DNA of 63,918 nucleotides, counting the filler, from Acidimicrobiia bacterium (GTDB lineage: Bacteria > Actinomycetota > Acidimicrobiia > Spongiisociales > CAZKJJ01), in assembly GCA_046759765.1 (NCBI GenBank). It is 7 parts of 7 records of this genome, joined end to end, with 100 filler letters (N's around TTAATTAATTAA, not from the genome) between each part and the next. Parts side by side here need not be neighbours in the genome. Positions count along the whole stretch, not along the records: positions 1 to 9,309 come from JBHICV010000095.1; positions 9,410 to 18,695 come from JBHICV010000096.1; 5 more parts are not named here. One strand, given 5' to 3'. This document shows positions 1 through 10,325 of the stretch, piece after piece. The notes beneath the pieces were generated by a model that was not told the DNA's origin, ran no database searches, and saw only the letters and a program-made list of their open reading frames with translations. The position numbers and the translations under genes were made by a program. The stretch's first letter is position 1. The number at the start of each line of letters is the position of its first letter.

Positions 1-852
1 GGAGGTGCTCACCCTCTTGCGCTCCCCGAAGCTCGTGCGAGCACGGAAGAGCTCGAGGTCGTCGAGCAGGTGGGAGCATCGGCCGTCGAGCGCCTCGGTC
101 ACCGGGACTTTGCGGAGCTGGACGACAAAGAGGTCGAAGACGTCAAGAGGCTGATTGGCCAGATGGTCTGGCAACCTGCGCTGACTCGGTCGCGCCGATG
201 GATCCCGGCCGCGGGTCGCGGTCCTCGGCCTGATCGCCGGCGATCCCTGCGAGGCCTGGTCGGACCGACCGGGGACCTTCTTCCTTTGGTCTGGTCGGAG
301 CGGCGCCGGCGACTTCGCCCACTTCTTGTGGTGGCGGACGTCAGCGGGTCGATGGAGCGTTACGTGGAGATGTTCCTTTACTTTGTCCACGCGGCTCGTG
401 ATCGCCTCGGTCGGCTCGAGGCTTTCGTGTTCTCCACCCGTCTGACGCGTATCACCCGCCAGCTGGCGGCTCGCGACGTCTCAGCCGCCTTGGCACAGGT
501 TGGTTCCAAAGTGGACGACTGGTCCGGAGGAACGAAGATCGGCGACGCGCTCGAGCAGTTCAACGTGAGATGGGGCCGCCGCATGTCGCGAGGAGGGCCG
601 ATCGGCCTGGTCATCTCGGACGGATGGGACTGTGGCGATCCGGTGTTGCTTGCCAAGGAGATGGGGCGCTTCAGCCGAACGATGCATCGCGTCGTCTGGC
701 TAAATCCCCTGGCCGGCCGTCATGGGTACGAGCCCAGCGTGCGCGGAATGCAGATCGTGCTGCCATACGTAGACGATTTCCTCCCGGCTGCGACCGTCGC
801 CGACCTCGCGGGAGTCGTTGAGCTACTGGAGTCGATCCCGGCTCGGGTTTGA
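1..852 (+). CDS. CoxE-like VWA domain protein (5'-truncated at window edge)
   Basis: Frame open from base 1; DVSGSM MIDAS motif, WSGGTKIG, ISDGWD and WLNPL motifs; upstream of xdhC-like genes. Confidence 0.88.
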   Translation, partial: GGAHPLALPEARASTEELEVVEQVGASAVERLGHRDFAELDDKEVEDVKRLIGQMVWQPALTRSRRWIPAAGRGPRPDRRRSLRGLVGPTGDLLPLVWSERRRRLRPLLVVADVSGSMERYVEMFLYFVHAARDRLGRLEAFVFSTRLTRITRQLAARDVSAALAQVGSKVDDWSGGTKIGDALEQFNVRWGRRMSRGGPIGLVISDGWDCGDPVLLAKEMGRFSRTMHRVVWLNPLAGRHGYEPSVRGMQIVLPYVDDFLPAATVADLAGVVELLESIPARV

Positions 853-890
853 ACCGATATGGCCGATAGAGTCCCCTAGGAGGAACAACC

Positions 891-1196
891 ATGGACGAGC
901 TGGACATCTACGAGCATTGGAGCGACCAAGGCAAGGACGTTGCCGTCGCCACGGTGGTCAAGGTCATGGGCTCGGCCCCGCGTCCCGAGGGAGCCAAGTT
1001 CCTTGTCTCGTCGGCCGGCGACATGGAGGGCTCGGTAAGCGGTGGCTGCGTCGAGAATGACGTTTTCTTGCACGCCCAAGAGGTCATCGACTCCGGCGAG
1101 CCCCGCCTCGTGACCTACGGCATTGCCGACGAGGAAGCGTTCGAGGTCGGTCTGGCGTGCGGGGGAACCATCCAGGTATTCATCGAGAAATGGTGA
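891..1196 (+). CDS. XdhC/CoxI family protein, N-terminal domain
   Basis: [25 protein letters not shown] motifs; AGGAGG RBS. Confidence 0.9.
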   Translation: MDELDIYEHWSDQGKDVAVATVVKVMGSAPRPEGAKFLVSSAGDMEGSVSGGCVENDVFLHAQEVIDSGEPRLVTYGIADEEAFEVGLACGGTIQVFIEKW

Positions 1197-1978
1197 GGCC
1201 CGTCCCTTCGGAGATGCGGCGCCTCGTTGACGAAGAGCGCCTTGGATCTGTTATCACGATCGTGTCCGGGCCGGACGCGGGGGCCAAGTCGGTGATCGAT
1301 GACGAGAAGGGCTATGTTCTCGACTCCCTGCCTGCCGAGATTTCCGAGGATGTCTTGGCGGATGCCCGGGAGCTGATGCGGCACGAGCAGAACCGCACGC
1401 TCACGTATGGGGACCGCGACGTCTTCATCGAAACCATCGCTCCGGCCCCTCATCTGATCATCCTTGGCGCGGTTCACGTGGCCCAGCCCCTCGTCCGTAT
1501 GGCCAAAGAGCTCGGCTTCGTGGTGACAGTCTCCGATGCCCGAGAGACCTTCACGACGCGGGAACGCTTTCCCGAGGCCGACCGGATCCTGGTCGGCTGG
1601 CCGCAGGATCTAATGGATGACCTGGAATTCGACGCTCGGACCTATGTCGTCATCCTGAGCCACGATGCCCGTTTCGAGGATCCTGTGTTCCCAGTGCTAC
1701 ATGAGAGCAAGGTGCGCTACATCGGAGCCATGGGAAGTCGACGGACCCATCGTAAGCGGGCCGAACGTCTGTCCGCGGCGGGATGGTCCGACGACGAGAT
1801 CGCCCGCATTCACGGCCCGGTGGGACTGGACATCGGAGCAGAGGCGCCGGCTGAGGTTGCGGTTTCGATTCTCGCCGAGATGATCCAGGTGCGTTACGGG
1901 TTCGGAAGTGGGGTCTCGCTCCGGGGGCGAGAGGGAAGAATCCACCTCCAGCGCACCGAGGACAAAGGCGACCTTTGA
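1190..1978 (+). CDS. XdhC family protein, C-terminal Rossmann-like part
   Basis: [44 protein letters not shown]; start (ATG 1190 or GTG 1193) overlaps upstream stop. Confidence 0.88.
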   Translation: MVRPVPSEMRRLVDEERLGSVITIVSGPDAGAKSVIDDEKGYVLDSLPAEISEDVLADARELMRHEQNRTLTYGDRDVFIETIAPAPHLIILGAVHVAQPLVRMAKELGFVVTVSDARETFTTRERFPEADRILVGWPQDLMDDLEFDARTYVVILSHDARFEDPVFPVLHESKVRYIGAMGSRRTHRKRAERLSAAGWSDDEIARIHGPVGLDIGAEAPAEVAVSILAEMIQVRYGFGSGVSLRGREGRIHLQRTEDKGDL

Positions 1979-3156
1979 TCTCGTTTCGTCTGGGAACGCT
2001 TCCGATTTCGGTTCGACCCGTTTTCTTTCTGACCGCCGTGTTTCTCGGGCTCGTCGGGTTCCGACAGCCGGCGAGCCTGGCGATATGGGTGGCGGTCGTG
2101 TTCGTCTCTGTTCTCGCGCACGAACTGGGCCATGCCCTAACCGCCCGGCGCTACGGGGCTGAGGCGGAGATCGAACTGTTCGCGCTGGGTGGATTGACCA
2201 AGTGGCATCGCGATCCTCCAGTCTCTGCCGGCGGTCGTGTAGTGATCGCAGCCGCCGGATCAGCCGTAGGGATAACGATCGGCCTGGTGGTGCTGGCTCT
2301 GTTCGGGGACGATCTGCGCAGCTTCTCGCCGATCCTCGGAACGGCGCTGTTCGACTTGATATGGGTCAACCTGGGCTGGGGCATTCTCAATTGGTTGCCG
2401 ATTCGGATGCTCGACGGGGGCCACATCCTGGGCGGGGTCCTCGAGATCTGGTTTCCCAAGAACCACGCGCGGATTGCCGATGTCGTGTTTCTTGCCTCGG
2501 CGGTCGCCTTAATCGGAATAGCCATTTACCTACAGCTGTTCTGGCTTGCCTTCCTTTTCGCCCTTTTCGGGTTTTCTGGGCAGAGCTCGCGGGCGAAAGC
2601 CGTGCGGCGCGACGACGATCTTCAGGCTCGCCTCGTGACAGCCCGACAGGCCCTGTCTTCTGGTGAGTATGAGACGGCGGAGCGGGAAGCCCGCTCCCTG
2701 CTTCGCGCCCTCAGCTCCGCCGACGCTCAGACCACGGCCAGCCGAATTCTGGTCCGGGCGCTGTTGTCTCAGGGCAGGGTCTCGGAGGCGGCCCAGCTGA
2801 TCGAATCGCCTCCCGACGGTTTTCATCCGGGGCCAGCGGACACTGGCCGCGTTCTGCTCGCGTCTGGCCATCTCAAGCCGGCCATCGAGATGCTTTCGGT
2901 GGCGGTCGCCGCCGGCAACACAGACGCTCTTCCGGTCCTCGTTGATGCCTACGGGCAGGCTGGCACCTTCACGGAAGCAGTGGCCTTCTTCGAGCAAGTC
3001 GCACCGGAAGCGCTGCGCCCTGAACCCCTCCGGGCCCTGGCTACGGAAGCCGATCGGGCTGGATGGTCGACGGATGCGGCCGAGCTCCGCCGACTGGCCG
3101 ACTGGCTCCCTATCTCCCAGACGGAGCCGCCTGCTCCCTATCCCTCAAGCGAGTAG
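1975..3156 (+). CDS. Site-2 protease (M50) family membrane protein with C-terminal TPR-like region
   Basis: HELGH motif in TM segment, NWLPIRMLDGG motif, helical C-terminus. Confidence 0.85.
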   Translation: MISFRLGTLPISVRPVFFLTAVFLGLVGFRQPASLAIWVAVVFVSVLAHELGHALTARRYGAEAEIELFALGGLTKWHRDPPVSAGGRVVIAAAGSAVGITIGLVVLALFGDDLRSFSPILGTALFDLIWVNLGWGILNWLPIRMLDGGHILGGVLEIWFPKNHARIADVVFLASAVALIGIAIYLQLFWLAFLFALFGFSGQSSRAKAVRRDDDLQARLVTARQALSSGEYETAEREARSLLRALSSADAQTTASRILVRALLSQGRVSEAAQLIESPPDGFHPGPADTGRVLLASGHLKPAIEMLSVAVAAGNTDALPVLVDAYGQAGTFTEAVAFFEQVAPEALRPEPLRALATEADRAGWSTDAAELRRLADWLPISQTEPPAPYPSSE

Positions 3157-5147
3157 GACAGCCAGTCGATCTCGTCGAGGGTGTCAAGGTCATTGGCCTT
3201 GAGGCCCAGATCGGAGACCGTGTAGAGCACGTCGCCGATCACGATTGACCTGCGGATCTGAGCACCCCAGTCGTAGCCCTTGGTCTTCTCATGGGAGATC
3301 ATTCCGACCTCGGAGATGCCGTCGTTGCGGTCGACGGTGAAGCCGATAGCCCCGAGGAAGATGTCCTCGCCATGCTTCTCGTCCCATCGGTACCGCTGGA
3401 TCGGAATCACCGTCAGCCCCGTCTGACCCCAATGGAGGAAGGCTTTGTGATCCCACTCGACCTCAGAGTTACCGTCTGAGATCGTCCTCTTGAAAAGGCG
3501 GTCAGGGTCGCTGAGATCGGACACGTCGAACACCGAGATCTGGGTGCCGAGGACCCGACCCTGCTCGGTGGCGTCTTGGCCGATTCCAAGCAGCAGGCCG
3601 TCGCCCAGCGGGTGCAAGTAGGCCGAGTAGCCGAGGATCTTCAGCTCACCCTCTACCGTCGGTCGTGAGGGATCGGAGAGATCGATCGTGTAAAGCGGGT
3701 CGGTCTGACGGAACGTTACGACGTAGCCAACGTCGTCGATAAAGCGAACTGCGTAGATCCGCTCTCCTTTACCGAGGCCCCCCACCCGGCCAACCATCAC
3801 GAGCTCACCGTTGCTCTCCCTGAGCACGGTGACGAAACTCTCGGACTCGCCGCCCCAGCCCCACCAGTCGGGCTGATTGGTGGAGGCAACCCGTAGGTGG
3901 CCTTCGTGCTCGGACATGGACCACTGGCTCAGGAGAAACCCGGGTACCTCGCCGCTCGCCCGATACAGGGTGCGGTTCGGATCCGAGATATCAAAGCGGT
4001 GGATCTGACTCGTCAGACTGTCGGCATGATCGCGTGCATCGCTTTCTTCCAGGAACGCCCACGGCCTCCATGGCGTGGTGGCCACGTACAGGCTGTCGGC
4101 GGAGGCGTAGATCGTCTCGCCATCGGCCAGAACCCCGGCCGTGCCTGACGGCCGAAGCCGCCTCTCGAGGTCGACCGTGATGACACTCACCATGTTCAGT
4201 CCCGAGAACTCCTTTGGATGAGCGGCGCTCTCGCAACTAACGAGCGTGCCCTCGAAAGAGCGGCCGGTGACTTGGTCGTCAACGACGTAGTAGGGGATCC
4301 AGTTCTCGACCGTCGAGTTCCGAATGATCTCCTTGTTCTTCTCGAGCGCCTCGCGCTCGGCTCGCAGGCCTCCGCCTTCGGGGTACACGAACTCGAGTCC
4401 GGTCGGTACCGAGCGAACCACGATCCGCGCAATGTCGTCGACTAGACGGGCGCTGAGGTAAGCGCCGTCGATACGCAGCGTGCGCACGACCTCCATACCC
4501 TCAGGATCGGAGAGATCGACTTCCTGTATCAGGGTGATCGGTGTGGCCGGGTATGGACTCGGCGCGATACCGATCTCGGCGGCGGGATAGATGTCGTAGC
4601 TGTGGAGCGTGGCCATGAGCAGGAGGCGGTCGCCGGAGAGAAGCATCTGCTGGCCCCAGCCCTGCTCGAGGTTTAGTGATCCGCGGAGCCGAGGCTTGCT
4701 GCCGGTGACGTCAATGTAATGCAGACGCCCCTGGGCTATGGCCAGGATCCTGTTTCCGTCCGTCTTGACGAAGTCCGGTTCATCGACCCCGAGTTCCTGC
4801 ACGTTGGTTCCCGAGAAGTCGACTCCTTGGACGGGCGCGGAACCGCGGGCCGCTTCCTCGGCTACCGCGGCAAACGGAAGGGCCATGTCGTCAGCGATGA
4901 AGAATGGGCCTCCGTAGTAGTAGCCGGGCAGGCCATAGGGCGTGACCAGCTCAAGTGCGTGCTCGACCACGTAGTCGAGGAAGTCGTCGCACGCCTCGAA
5001 ATTCTGGAGGCCGGATCCCGCAAAGAGCAACAGCGGGTGATTGCGCCGAAGCTCGGGGCTGATGGTTGGGTTCGATGTGATTGGCTCGCTGGTGCAGGCG
5101 GCTGTCAGGACAGCCAGTCCCAGAACTGCAACGATGGCTCGTCTCAT
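3138..5147 (-). CDS. Secreted beta-propeller domain lipoprotein
   Basis: Lipobox LTAAC; TNVQELGVDEPDFVKTDG and YVVTFRQTDPLYTIDLSDP...GELKILGYSAYLHP motifs. Confidence 0.85.
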   Translation of the reverse strand: MRRAIVAVLGLAVLTAACTSEPITSNPTISPELRRNHPLLLFAGSGLQNFEACDDFLDYVVEHALELVTPYGLPGYYYGGPFFIADDMALPFAAVAEEAARGSAPVQGVDFSGTNVQELGVDEPDFVKTDGNRILAIAQGRLHYIDVTGSKPRLRGSLNLEQGWGQQMLLSGDRLLLMATLHSYDIYPAAEIGIAPSPYPATPITLIQEVDLSDPEGMEVVRTLRIDGAYLSARLVDDIARIVVRSVPTGLEFVYPEGGGLRAEREALEKNKEIIRNSTVENWIPYYVVDDQVTGRSFEGTLVSCESAAHPKEFSGLNMVSVITVDLERRLRPSGTAGVLADGETIYASADSLYVATTPWRPWAFLEESDARDHADSLTSQIHRFDISDPNRTLYRASGEVPGFLLSQWSMSEHEGHLRVASTNQPDWWGWGGESESFVTVLRESNGELVMVGRVGGLGKGERIYAVRFIDDVGYVVTFRQTDPLYTIDLSDPSRPTVEGELKILGYSAYLHPLGDGLLLGIGQDATEQGRVLGTQISVFDVSDLSDPDRLFKRTISDGNSEVEWDHKAFLHWGQTGLTVIPIQRYRWDEKHGEDIFLGAIGFTVDRNDGISEVGMISHEKTKGYDWGAQIRRSIVIGDVLYTVSDLGLKANDLDTLDEIDWLSYSLEG

Positions 5148-5295
5148 GTCGCTCCGTCCCTGTCGGTTGTGGTTGGGACGCAAGTGACTCCCCGTGAGGT
5201 TCCCACCGCTTTCCGTGCTCGGCTTCGATCCTTCGTGTGACGTTCACTGGTCGTATAGACGTGTGGGCGTCACGAAAACGCGAAAGGACGGCCTC

Positions 5296-6483
5296 TCAGC
5301 GGTAGACGACGAAGATTCCCGACCGCGCCTTGGGGTCGAACCAAGTCGACTTGGGAGGCATGACCTCGCCGGCATCGGAGACTGCCATTACGTCCTCGAC
5401 GCTGGTGGGAGCCAGCACAACGCCGGCGGCCCCTTCGGCGCGGCAGCGCTGTTCTAGAGCTGCCGGTCCGCCGACCCCCGGCACGTAGCTGACCCGAGGG
5501 TCAAAATCGGGATTGGGACTCTCGAGCAGGGGGCCCAGGACCTCGCGATGGAGAATCGAGACATCCAGATCTGCAGCTTTGGCGATAGGTTGCACGAGCT
5601 CGGTTCGAATGAGCCTCCACCATCGCCCCTTCGAGTAGAGGCCGAACTCTCCCCGGCGGCGGGGCCGTGCATCCTCATAAGTGGATGCCGACTCCACCTC
5701 AAAGTGTCGCCCGATGACCTCGATCAGGTCCGGCCGGCTCACCTTCACACAGCGGTTGTAGGGAAGGATCCGGAGCTGGTCGGCGGGGAAGAGCACCGCC
5801 AGAAACCTTCCTGCCTCAGGACGCTCTGCGGCAAAGCGCGCCGCGGCGGCGACTCGATGGTGACCGTCGGTCAGATACAGAGCATCGATGGAGGAAAAAG
5901 CCTGCACCAGCTCATCACCGGTTGCGCCATCGACCCGCCAGATTGTGTGCCGGACCTCATCGTCTGTCTCGAACTCGAGCAGGGGCAGTTCCTCGGCGCC
6001 GGCCGCCACAGCCGCGTCAACAGACCCGAGGGCTCGGTGTGTGAGACAGACAGGGCTCGAGTTCACGCCAACATCGCGCAGGAAAGCGACGAGCTCCGCC
6101 TCCTTCTCCTCGCGGGTGTTCTCGTGACGTCGTACAACACCTCGCTTGTAGTCCGAGACGTGCAGATCGGCCACTACTCCGGTTTGGATGTGCCCGTCGG
6201 AAGAGAGCCGATAGAGATAGAAACCAGTTGGCCGTGCTGGCTCGAACACGCCATCATCTATCCAGGTGCGGAGAAGTTCGGCGCTCTCGAGTCGAGCCGC
6301 GGCCGGGTCGGTCCCCGGCGGTAGGTCGCTTGCCGACCTCGTGATTCTCAGGAAGCTCAGGGGGTTCTCTTCCGAGATACGCCGACGCTGTTGGGGGGTT
6401 AGCACGTCGTAGGCGGGTCCGACGACGGACGCGGCCTGGCTCGCGCCAACCAGGTGGGCCGACACGGGTTCGATTCGGGTCAC
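5296..6483 (-). CDS. DUF1015 family protein
   Basis: PAYDV, HENT, LYLTDGHHR, MPPKSTWFDPK motifs; GTG start overlaps serC stop (GTGA). Confidence 0.88.
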   Translation of the reverse strand: MTRIEPVSAHLVGASQAASVVGPAYDVLTPQQRRRISEENPLSFLRITRSASDLPPGTDPAAARLESAELLRTWIDDGVFEPARPTGFYLYRLSSDGHIQTGVVADLHVSDYKRGVVRRHENTREEKEAELVAFLRDVGVNSSPVCLTHRALGSVDAAVAAGAEELPLLEFETDDEVRHTIWRVDGATGDELVQAFSSIDALYLTDGHHRVAAAARFAAERPEAGRFLAVLFPADQLRILPYNRCVKVSRPDLIEVIGRHFEVESASTYEDARPRRRGEFGLYSKGRWWRLIRTELVQPIAKAADLDVSILHREVLGPLLESPNPDFDPRVSYVPGVGGPAALEQRCRAEGAAGVVLAPTSVEDVMAVSDAGEVMPPKSTWFDPKARSGIFVVYR

Positions 6484-7556
6484 CTTGTCGACCGAAACTC
6501 GCCCATGAACTCTGCGAGGGCTTCCACACCTTCCGTTGGAATGGCGGCATAGAGACTGGCCCTGCATCCGCCGACTTTGCGGTGCCCCTTGAGGGAAACC
6601 ATGCCCCGTGTCTCAGCGTCGGCTAGAAAACGGGCCTCGAGTTCTTCAGTCGGCAGCCTGAAGACGACGTTCGTGACCGATCGGCTTTCCTCCGATACCG
6701 GTGACCGGTAGAAGCCTTCGCTCTGGTCGATAGCGTCGTAGACCAGCCCGGCTTTGTACTCGCTTGCGTTCTCTATCCCGGGCACGCCCCCCTGCGACTT
6801 GATCCATCGCAGCACTTTGCCCATCAGATAGATCTGGAATATCGGTGGCGTGTTGAACATCGAGTCGGAGTCGGCATGGGTCGAATACGAGAGGTAGGCG
6901 GACAGTTGCGGAGCCTCGCCAATCGCGGATCGCCGTACAAACACGAGGGCGAGTCCCGAGGGTCCGAGGTTCTTCTGGATGCCACCGTAGACAACGCTGA
7001 ATCTGTCCCACGGAAGGGGCCGTGAAAGGAACTCCGACGAAACGTCTGCTACGAGCGGCACGTCGGCCTCAGGCCACGTCGGGTAGCGAATGCCGTTGAT
7101 CGTCTCGTTCGACGTGATGTGGAGGTAGCGCGTGTCGGATGCCAGTTCCAGCTCCTGCGAGGAGGGAGTCCGCGTGAACCCTGTCGGCTCACCGTCCCAG
7201 GCGGAGTAGACGTCGCCGTGATATCGGCCGTCTTCCAGAGCGCGCTGGGCCCAGGCACCCGTCACGGCATACGCACCGGTCCCGCCACCTCCCAGGAGAT
7301 TCAGTGGAACCATGGCGAACTGGAGCGTGGCGCCGCCCTGGATGAAGAGCACTTCAAAGTCGTCGGGGGCGCCAGAAATCTCACGCGCCAGTTCCATCGC
7401 CTCGAAGTGCACTCTCTCGTAGGGAGGAGTTCGGTGGCTCATCTCGATAATCGACATGCCCGTGTCTTGGTACTCGACGAACTCGCGTTGGGCTTCTTCG
7501 AGGACCTCGAGGGGAAGCGTGCACGGCCCGGCCGAGAAGTTGAACACCCTGCTCAT
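6480..7556 (-). CDS. serC: Phosphoserine aminotransferase
   Basis: FNFSAGP, EMSHR, QGGATLQF, QKNLGPSG, NTPP, KGHRKVGGCRASLY. Confidence 0.95.
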   Translation of the reverse strand: MSRVFNFSAGPCTLPLEVLEEAQREFVEYQDTGMSIIEMSHRTPPYERVHFEAMELAREISGAPDDFEVLFIQGGATLQFAMVPLNLLGGGGTGAYAVTGAWAQRALEDGRYHGDVYSAWDGEPTGFTRTPSSQELELASDTRYLHITSNETINGIRYPTWPEADVPLVADVSSEFLSRPLPWDRFSVVYGGIQKNLGPSGLALVFVRRSAIGEAPQLSAYLSYSTHADSDSMFNTPPIFQIYLMGKVLRWIKSQGGVPGIENASEYKAGLVYDAIDQSEGFYRSPVSEESRSVTNVVFRLPTEELEARFLADAETRGMVSLKGHRKVGGCRASLYAAIPTEGVEALAEFMGEFRSTR

Positions 7557-8767
7557 CCCGATGCCTTCTCCGTCATAGATACGTTGATGACCGGCTTGAT
7601 CGCTTCGAGCTCGGCGAGAATCTCTGGCGTCACCTCACCCGTCACATGAATGGTGGCTACTGCCGCCCGAGCGCCGGAAAAGACCCGGTTCTCCATCTGC
7701 TCCACGTTGATGTTGGCGGCGCGTAACACCGCGAAGACATCAGAGAGGACACCTACTTCGTCGTGGTGGCGAACCGACAGGGTGGTTGTCCCAAGTAGTT
7801 GGTCGGCGAGGTTGACGCAATTCAGCACTGTGCCCTGCTCGAACAGTTCGACGATGCGGACCACCTCGTCGGAGATCGCCTCCTGAGCTTGTCGCGTAGA
7901 GGCGCCGATGTGGTGAGTGCCGTACACGTTCGGGTGTTCGGTCAGCTGCGAACGAAACTCCGACTGTCCCTCCTCTGGCTCATCCGGGTACACATCGAGT
8001 CCCACGCGAATACCCTTGTTGTCCATCGCCGCGATGAGTGCCTCGGAGTCGACGAGCTCGCCCCGCGAGGTGTTTATGACGATGGCTCCGGGACGGAGGC
8101 GCTCCAGGAAGCCGGCGCCAATGATGCGGCGCGTGCTCTCGGTGGCCGGTAGATGGAAACTGACTACGTCGGCGCGTTCCGCGATCACTCGAAGATCAGA
8201 GACCATCTCGATCGGGACCGACTCGGCTCGATCTAGGACGTCAGGCGATCGGTCGAGCTGATCGATAGCCAGCAGCTTCATTCCGAACGCCGCCGCTCGC
8301 TCTGCCACAGCAAGTCCGATCTCGCCTAGACCCACGATGCCGAGCTGGCGCCCATAAAGGCCGTCGGCCTGGGAGAAACGCGTCTTGTCCCAGCGCCCGT
8401 TGCGCAGCTCCACAACACTTTCAGGAATGGAGCGATCGATCGCGAGGATCAAGCTCATGGTGAGTTCAGCAACCGCAGCCGCGTTGCGTCCGGGGACGTT
8501 CGATACGTAGATGCCTCGGCGGGTGGCTGCGTCGGCATCGATCGTATTAGTACCGGCGCCGGCCCGAACGATGAGAGCTAGGTCGTCTGAGGCGTCGACG
8601 GTGGCCGCGGTGACGGGGGTCGAACGGACCACAAGCACTTCGTACCCCGATATGGCGCCGGGGAGGTCTCGGCCGGCTAGGTCGGGGCTCTCGTCGACTG
8701 CATGGCCTAGCTCGCGCAGGCGCGCGATAGCACTGGGGGAAATGCGATCGGCAAAGAGAACGCGCAT
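7553..8767 (-). CDS. serA: D-3-phosphoglycerate dehydrogenase with C-terminal ACT domain
   Basis: RAGAGTNTID, GIVGLGEIG, INTSRG, HIGAST motifs; coupled to serC. Confidence 0.85.
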   Translation of the reverse strand: MRVLFADRISPSAIARLRELGHAVDESPDLAGRDLPGAISGYEVLVVRSTPVTAATVDASDDLALIVRAGAGTNTIDADAATRRGIYVSNVPGRNAAAVAELTMSLILAIDRSIPESVVELRNGRWDKTRFSQADGLYGRQLGIVGLGEIGLAVAERAAAFGMKLLAIDQLDRSPDVLDRAESVPIEMVSDLRVIAERADVVSFHLPATESTRRIIGAGFLERLRPGAIVINTSRGELVDSEALIAAMDNKGIRVGLDVYPDEPEEGQSEFRSQLTEHPNVYGTHHIGASTRQAQEAISDEVVRIVELFEQGTVLNCVNLADQLLGTTTLSVRHHDEVGVLSDVFAVLRAANINVEQMENRVFSGARAAVATIHVTGEVTPEILAELEAIKPVINVSMTEKASG

Positions 8768-8926
8768 GACCTGAAGTTAATTGGGTCCGGATGCGATAGG
8801 ACCCAGAGATACTTCAGCGCTCGCGCGCCGCTGCGAGAGGACTAGCTCGCAGATCTCCAGGTCCCGGTGGTCCGAGTTGGAGTCGCCACCTGCTCCCGAC
8901 TGGGGAGGAGCGGCTCCAGCAGCCGC

Positions 8927-8971
8927 TCAGCGCTCGGCCACCTCCCGAGTCCTATGAATACTTTCACTCAC
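8927..8971 (-). CDS. Putative 14-aa leader peptide (MSESIHRTREVAER)
   Basis: Strong SD AAAGGAGGTG upstream of GTG; embedded in a structured region upstream of serA. Confidence 0.35.
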   Translation of the reverse strand: MSESIHRTREVAER

Positions 8972-9078
8972 TGTCGGACCACCTCCTTTCTCGGTGATCT
9001 GATTCTGCCACAGCGCCGGGGGCATTGGCGCGTACTCAGTGGAATTTCGGGGACCGGCCGGCGGTTGATCTCGTCAGC

Positions 9079-9309
9079 ATGCCGCGTGCGACATGGAACG
9101 GAGCCGTCCTCGCCGAGAGCGACGAAACGATCGTCGTCGAAGGCAACCACTATTTCCCACCCGACGATCTCAATTGGGATTACTTCTCGCACAGTGACCG
9201 TCACACCACCTGCTGGTGGAAGGGGGTCGCCAGCTATTACGACGTCGTGGTGGACGGTGAGACCAACCCCGGCGCGGCCTGGTTCTATCCGGATCCGAGC
9301 AAGAAAGCC
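9079..9309 (+). CDS. DUF427 domain protein (truncated by contig end)
   Basis: ATWNGAVLAESD, VEGNHYFP, CWWKGVASYY, AAWFYPDP. Confidence 0.9.
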
Positions 9310-9409
9310 NNNNNNNNNNNNNNNNNNNNNNNNNNNNNNNNNNNNNNNNNNNNTTAATTAATTAANNNNNNNNNNNNNNNNNNNNNNNNNNNNNNNNNNN
9401 NNNNNNNNN
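9310..9409. other. Artificial contig linker
   Basis: 100 nt: N-run, TTAATTAATTAA (stops in all frames), N-run. Confidence 0.99.
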
Positions 9410-10269
9410 GTGTTCCAGCGGGAGGGCTTGCCCACCGGTTCCATCCGAAACCACTCCCGGCCCTTGTAGTGGTTCTGTAGCGGCCAACGGCCGTCCTTGG
9501 CCTTCTTGGTGACTAACTCGATAGCGCCAGCGGCGCGGTCGTCCCTCGGAGCGTCGACGTTTTGGAAGTGGTCGAGGCCGCGTAGGACGTCGTAGTGCCA
9601 GCGAGGAGGAAAGGAGAACCGGGTGAACTCGGGTTTGGAGACCTCGCCCGTGCGGTGGGAGCGATACAGCCGGTGTTCAAGGAGAAACTCGCGGGCCGCA
9701 TCGGCCAAGTATCGAACGGCGGGTGCTCGGTAATCGTCGAAAGCCTCGAGCACGGTGATCGTCGTGTGGAACGAACCGTGGCGGCTGCCCCACGGCCGCT
9801 CGCAGTTCCAGCCCGCGTCCGGCTGTATCTCCTCCAGGAGCCAATCGACGAACCGGTCGACCTCGGCGTTTCGAATCCCGAAGTAGCTGCCGAGCATCAC
9901 CATCATGCCGGTTACGCAGGCATCGCCCAGCTTGGAGGACGGTCGGAAGGCCACCCCGCCCTCGATTAAGCGGGCTCCTTCGAGCAGGCGGGCCACACCC
10001 GCATGTGCCTGCGCATTGTCGGGCGCAAGGCCCATCCGTCGTAGGAGAAGCAGGGTGTACGTGGTCGAGATCCACTTGGGGTTGTAGAGGCCGCCGGCCC
10101 ACGTTCCCTCCGGGTCCTGGTGGCCCAACAGCTCGGCCCCCCAGCCCTCCTTGGCGACCTTGGCCCGTTCCTCAGCCGCGCTTTCCTGGTCATCAAGCAG
10201 ATCGGCGAACACCTGCCAGCGCACGGAGGGGTCCCCCTCGAGAAGCCAGCTAAGCGTTTCTTCGCTCAT
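9410..10269 (-). CDS. Prenyltransferase/squalene-cyclase-like alpha-barrel protein (3'-truncated)
   Basis: WLLEGDPSVRWQ, QDPEGTW, QPDAGWNC, FPPRWHYDVLRGLD. Confidence 0.75.
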
Positions 10270-10325
10270 GCGCGCGTTTCTGTCAATCGCAATGTCGCCA
10301 GGCGGTATTCAGATTGACAGAAAAC

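Noticed and set aside
9354..9365. TTAATTAATTAA as a biological motif
   Set aside because: Identical in all six N-gaps; assembly linker.
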